Shown in pieces: positions 24,864 through 27,415 of a stretch of DNA of 27,415 nucleotides. The notes below the pieces were generated by a model that worked only from the letters and a program-made list of their open reading frames with translations, had not been told where the DNA came from and made no database searches. The stretch comes from a virus (lineage: Duplodnaviria > Heunggongvirae > Uroviricota > Caudoviricetes), in IMG/VR virus record IMGVR_UViG_2681813230_000002, positions 1 to 27,415 of that record; one strand, given 5' to 3'. The stretch's first letter is position 1; every line of letters starts with the position of its first letter. The translations under genes were made by a program, and so were the position numbers.

Positions 24864-25744
24864 GATACGGATCTGTTTGCAGTGGAGCTGCGGCGATGCC
24901 CATAGAAGAACCGGCGCTGCGCAGCTGGCAGCGCCCGTTCCTTAAATGGGCTGGCGGCAAATATTCGCTGCTGCCGGAACTGGATCGCCTGATCCCCGCA
25001 GGTAAACGCCTTATTGAGCCTTTTGTGGGTGGCGGCTCGGTGTTCCTTAACTCAGACAAGCACGAACGCTTCCTTCTGGCTGACGTCAGCGCTGACCTGA
25101 TTAACCTGTATCAGATGCTGGCGGTGGTCCCCGATTCGGTGATCTATGAGGCAATGAAGGCATTCAGGCATCTTAATGATGCCGAAAACTATACGTTAAT
25201 TCGTGAAGCATTCAACGCGCAGCGGCTGGATGCGGTCGAGCGTGCAGCAGCATTCCTTTACCTCAATCGGCACTGCTTTAACGGCCTGATTCGCTATAAC
25301 CTGGACGGTTTTTTTAACGTCGGCTTTGGGAAATATAAAGCGCCATATTTCCCGGAAGAAGAGATCAAGGCATTTAAGCGGAAATCTCACACATGCGTAT
25401 TCATGAATGCAGGCTTCAGGCGCACGCTCGCGCTGGCTGGTGATGGTGACGTCGTTTACTGCGATCCGCCTTATGAGCCGCTGCCCGGCACCGCGGGTTT
25501 CACTAACTACGCGGCTGGTGGGTTCTCATGGGATAGCCAGGTAGAGCTTACGGAAAGCTGTGTGGCAGCCCACCAGCGGGGGGCGAAAGTGGTGATCAGC
25601 AATTCTACCGCTCCGCGCGTAATTGAACTTTACGAACAGCACGGCTTCACGCTGCACCGCGTCAGTGCTCGCCGGGCTATATCCAGCAAAGGCAGTACCC
25701 GCGAAACAGCGAGTGATGTCGTAGCCACTTTGGGAGTGCAGTGA
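24860..25744 (+). CDS. dam: DNA adenine methyltransferase (Dam family, GATC-type)
   Basis: Motifs FLKWAGGKY, EPFVGGGSVFLN, YLNRHCFNGLIRYNL, DPPY match recalled E. coli Dam; start may instead be the internal ATG at 24896. Confidence 0.9.
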   Translation: MRYGSVCSGAAAMPIEEPALRSWQRPFLKWAGGKYSLLPELDRLIPAGKRLIEPFVGGGSVFLNSDKHERFLLADVSADLINLYQMLAVVPDSVIYEAMKAFRHLNDAENYTLIREAFNAQRLDAVERAAAFLYLNRHCFNGLIRYNLDGFFNVGFGKYKAPYFPEEEIKAFKRKSHTCVFMNAGFRRTLALAGDGDVVYCDPPYEPLPGTAGFTNYAAGGFSWDSQVELTESCVAAHQRGAKVVISNSTAPRVIELYEQHGFTLHRVSARRAISSKGSTRETASDVVATLGVQ

Positions 25745-25986
25745 TGATGAAGCTGATTAATCGCAGTAAGCAATCACCTATTGGTCGCCGCGCTTGCGAT
25801 GTTGCGCTGGCGGCTCACTTGCAAACATATGGCGACTATGGGCGAAGCAAGATGAAAGAGACTTATACGGTGAAGGTTGAAGGCGTGAAAGTCTGGGTGG
25901 AGGTGGTGAACCGAAAGGCGAGCTACGTGGCCACAGCGATGACCGGCATGCGCCGTCTCCGCTCCCTGCCCGGGCAGGTTGGTTGA
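25741..25986 (+). CDS. Hypothetical protein
   Basis: 81-aa ORF, ATGATG overlap with dam stop. Confidence 0.45.
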   Translation: MMMKLINRSKQSPIGRRACDVALAAHLQTYGDYGRSKMKETYTVKVEGVKVWVEVVNRKASYVATAMTGMRRLRSLPGQVG

Positions 25987-26225
25987 AAAAGATTTTGAAT
26001 GGCCCGAACGGGCAACTGGAGAGAGCTATGGATGATATTTTGGTAACGTCAGACCTGACCAGTCGCTACAAAATTTCACGCAAAACCCTTTGGTCATGGC
26101 AAAGTGCAGACACAATGCCTCGGGGCTTCGTATGCCCGTTCCCACCCCCTGACTGGCCCGGCAACCCTAACCGCTGGCGCTCTGAGTCAATCAAAGAGTG
26201 GGAGGATAAAAAGAAGATAAATTAA
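25983..26225 (+). CDS. AlpA-like excisionase / DNA-binding regulator
   Basis: Pattern Y..S..T.W.W.....P..F.....PN.W...I.EW resembles AlpA/Xis-type HTH proteins; lies next to the integrase. Confidence 0.55.
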
Positions 26226-27415
26226 CTGAAGGGCTCTCCGATGATCTCTTCAAGATGGCTCTGCCAAACGCGGAGCCAGTGTTTCTGATCATCGATATAG
26301 TCATGAAGGTTGTAATGCGCCATAACCCCCACCATCTGATGCCCGAGCAGCTTTTCAATTACGTGCGGCGGGCAACCTAACTCAGAGAGATTTGTGGCTA
26401 TCGTCCGCCTCATATCATGAAGCGACCACTCTGCCATACCTGTTCCATTCCAAATAGAACGGGCGTAATTGGATGCCACAGGTGAATGAACGGGCGAATC
26501 TTTGATCCCGCCATCAATTTTACGTTGTGAAGTCACCAGGTGATTGGTGTTTATTTTCTTGAGGTGATTTCTGACCAGGTTAACGGCGGCGTCTGAGAGT
26601 CCCCTTCTAATATGTACCCGAGTTTTATAACTGCCCGCAGGCACGACCCACTCATTATCATCCAATCGAAACCATGATCTCTCACTAAGTCGAATCTCAG
26701 CCGTACGGCATCCGGTAAGCATAATAAATTTCACCAGGAAAACGGACTCTATCGACATATGGCTTTTCAACCACTGATAGATTTTGCGCAGATCGTCATC
26801 GTCCATCCTGCGAGTTCTCTTTTTAGGCTTTTGCCCGACATCAGATGGCAGTAATCCCTCGAGTGGGTTTGAGGCGATCACACTTCTGTTAACGCAGAAC
26901 CTAAACGCCCGTTTGCACAGCGAAAGCATGTAATGAGCCATCACCCTGCTTTCTATAGAATCGAAGACGTTGATCCAGTGCATTTTCGCTGTGTTATCGA
27001 CTTTGACATTCTTCATCGGTTCGGCGATATGTTTCTCAAACACCTGGCGATAGTAATCGACTTTAACTAGCCCGTTAGCGATACAGTGCCTTTCAATCCA
27101 GTAATTGAACGCTTCGGCAACGGACATCGCTTCCTGTCGGGTCTGCTTATCCAGCTTCACCTGCTCTCGCGGATCCAGTCCCTCAGTTAACCAGTTTCTG
27201 AATTGTTGGCGACGCTCTCTTGCCTGGGTGATACTCATTGCAGGATAATCACCAACATTGAGTTTTACCGCTTTACCGGCCCAGCGATACCGATAGAAAA
27301 ATGATATTTTTCCGGCCTGGCTGATTCTGGCGTTGAGCCCGTGCGAATCAGAAATAATCTCGATATCATCTCTTTTCTTGCCGAGCGCCTTCCTGAGCTT
27401 TGTGTCGGTGATCAT
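26222..27415 (-). CDS. int: Tyrosine integrase, P4-type (N-terminal DUF4102-like arm-binding domain)
   Basis: N-terminus [10 protein letters not shown]...[33 protein letters not shown] typical of P4-family integrases; C-terminal region with HxxR and HDMRRT/HYNLHDY-type catalytic motifs; ATG is the last codon of the window. Confidence 0.85.

Larger units (their letters stand above)
1..27415. mobile_element. Lambdoid prophage (head, packaging, lysis, nin, replication, immunity, Red recombination and integration modules); tail module and att sites lie outside the window
   Basis: Gene order and recalled protein similarities match phage lambda and DLP12 throughout; cos-like sequence, operators and ori iterons present. 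Confidence 0.9.

Noticed and set aside
1-27415. CRISPR arrays, rRNA, tRNA, IS elements
   Set aside because: No regularly spaced direct repeats with unique spacers, no rRNA-like or cloverleaf-compatible sequences, and no terminal inverted repeats flanking a transposase were seen

Overview
The window is almost entirely a lambdoid (lambda-like) prophage from an enterobacterial host, running from a tail gene at the left edge to a P4-type integrase at the right edge. All protein identifications are from reading the translations and recalling family signatures or lambda/DLP12 sequences; no database search or alignment was run. Minus-strand genes (1-19057) follow lambda late and early-right order: gpZ-like tail protein (only 81 aa), FII-like, head decoration, ClpP-protease/major-capsid fusion, portal, gpW, terminase large and small subunits, a cos site closely resembling lambda cosN, then Rz/Rz1, SAR endolysin, holin, Q, ylcG-like, rusA, ybcO, ninE, ninB, a block of small hypotheticals, ren, P, O (with ori iterons), ydaT-like and cro-like. 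Plus-strand genes (19174-26225) are cI flanked by six 17-bp operators, then a pL-side operon with gam, bet, exo, dam and an AlpA-like excisionase, convergent with the integrase. Candidate accessory or novel content: (1) an AT-rich, terminator-insulated cassette between Rz and cos encoding a 66-aa polar peptide and an SDH/S49-like Clp-fold serine peptidase; (2) a 370-bp GC-rich ORF-free leader plus an AT-richer 222-aa gene and strong terminator where lambda N would sit, with no N homolog recognised; (3) a plus-strand zinc-ribbon gene between Q and the lysis cassette. Several short, translationally coupled ORFs missing from the ORF track were found by hand. No tRNA, rRNA, CRISPR array or IS element was recognised.
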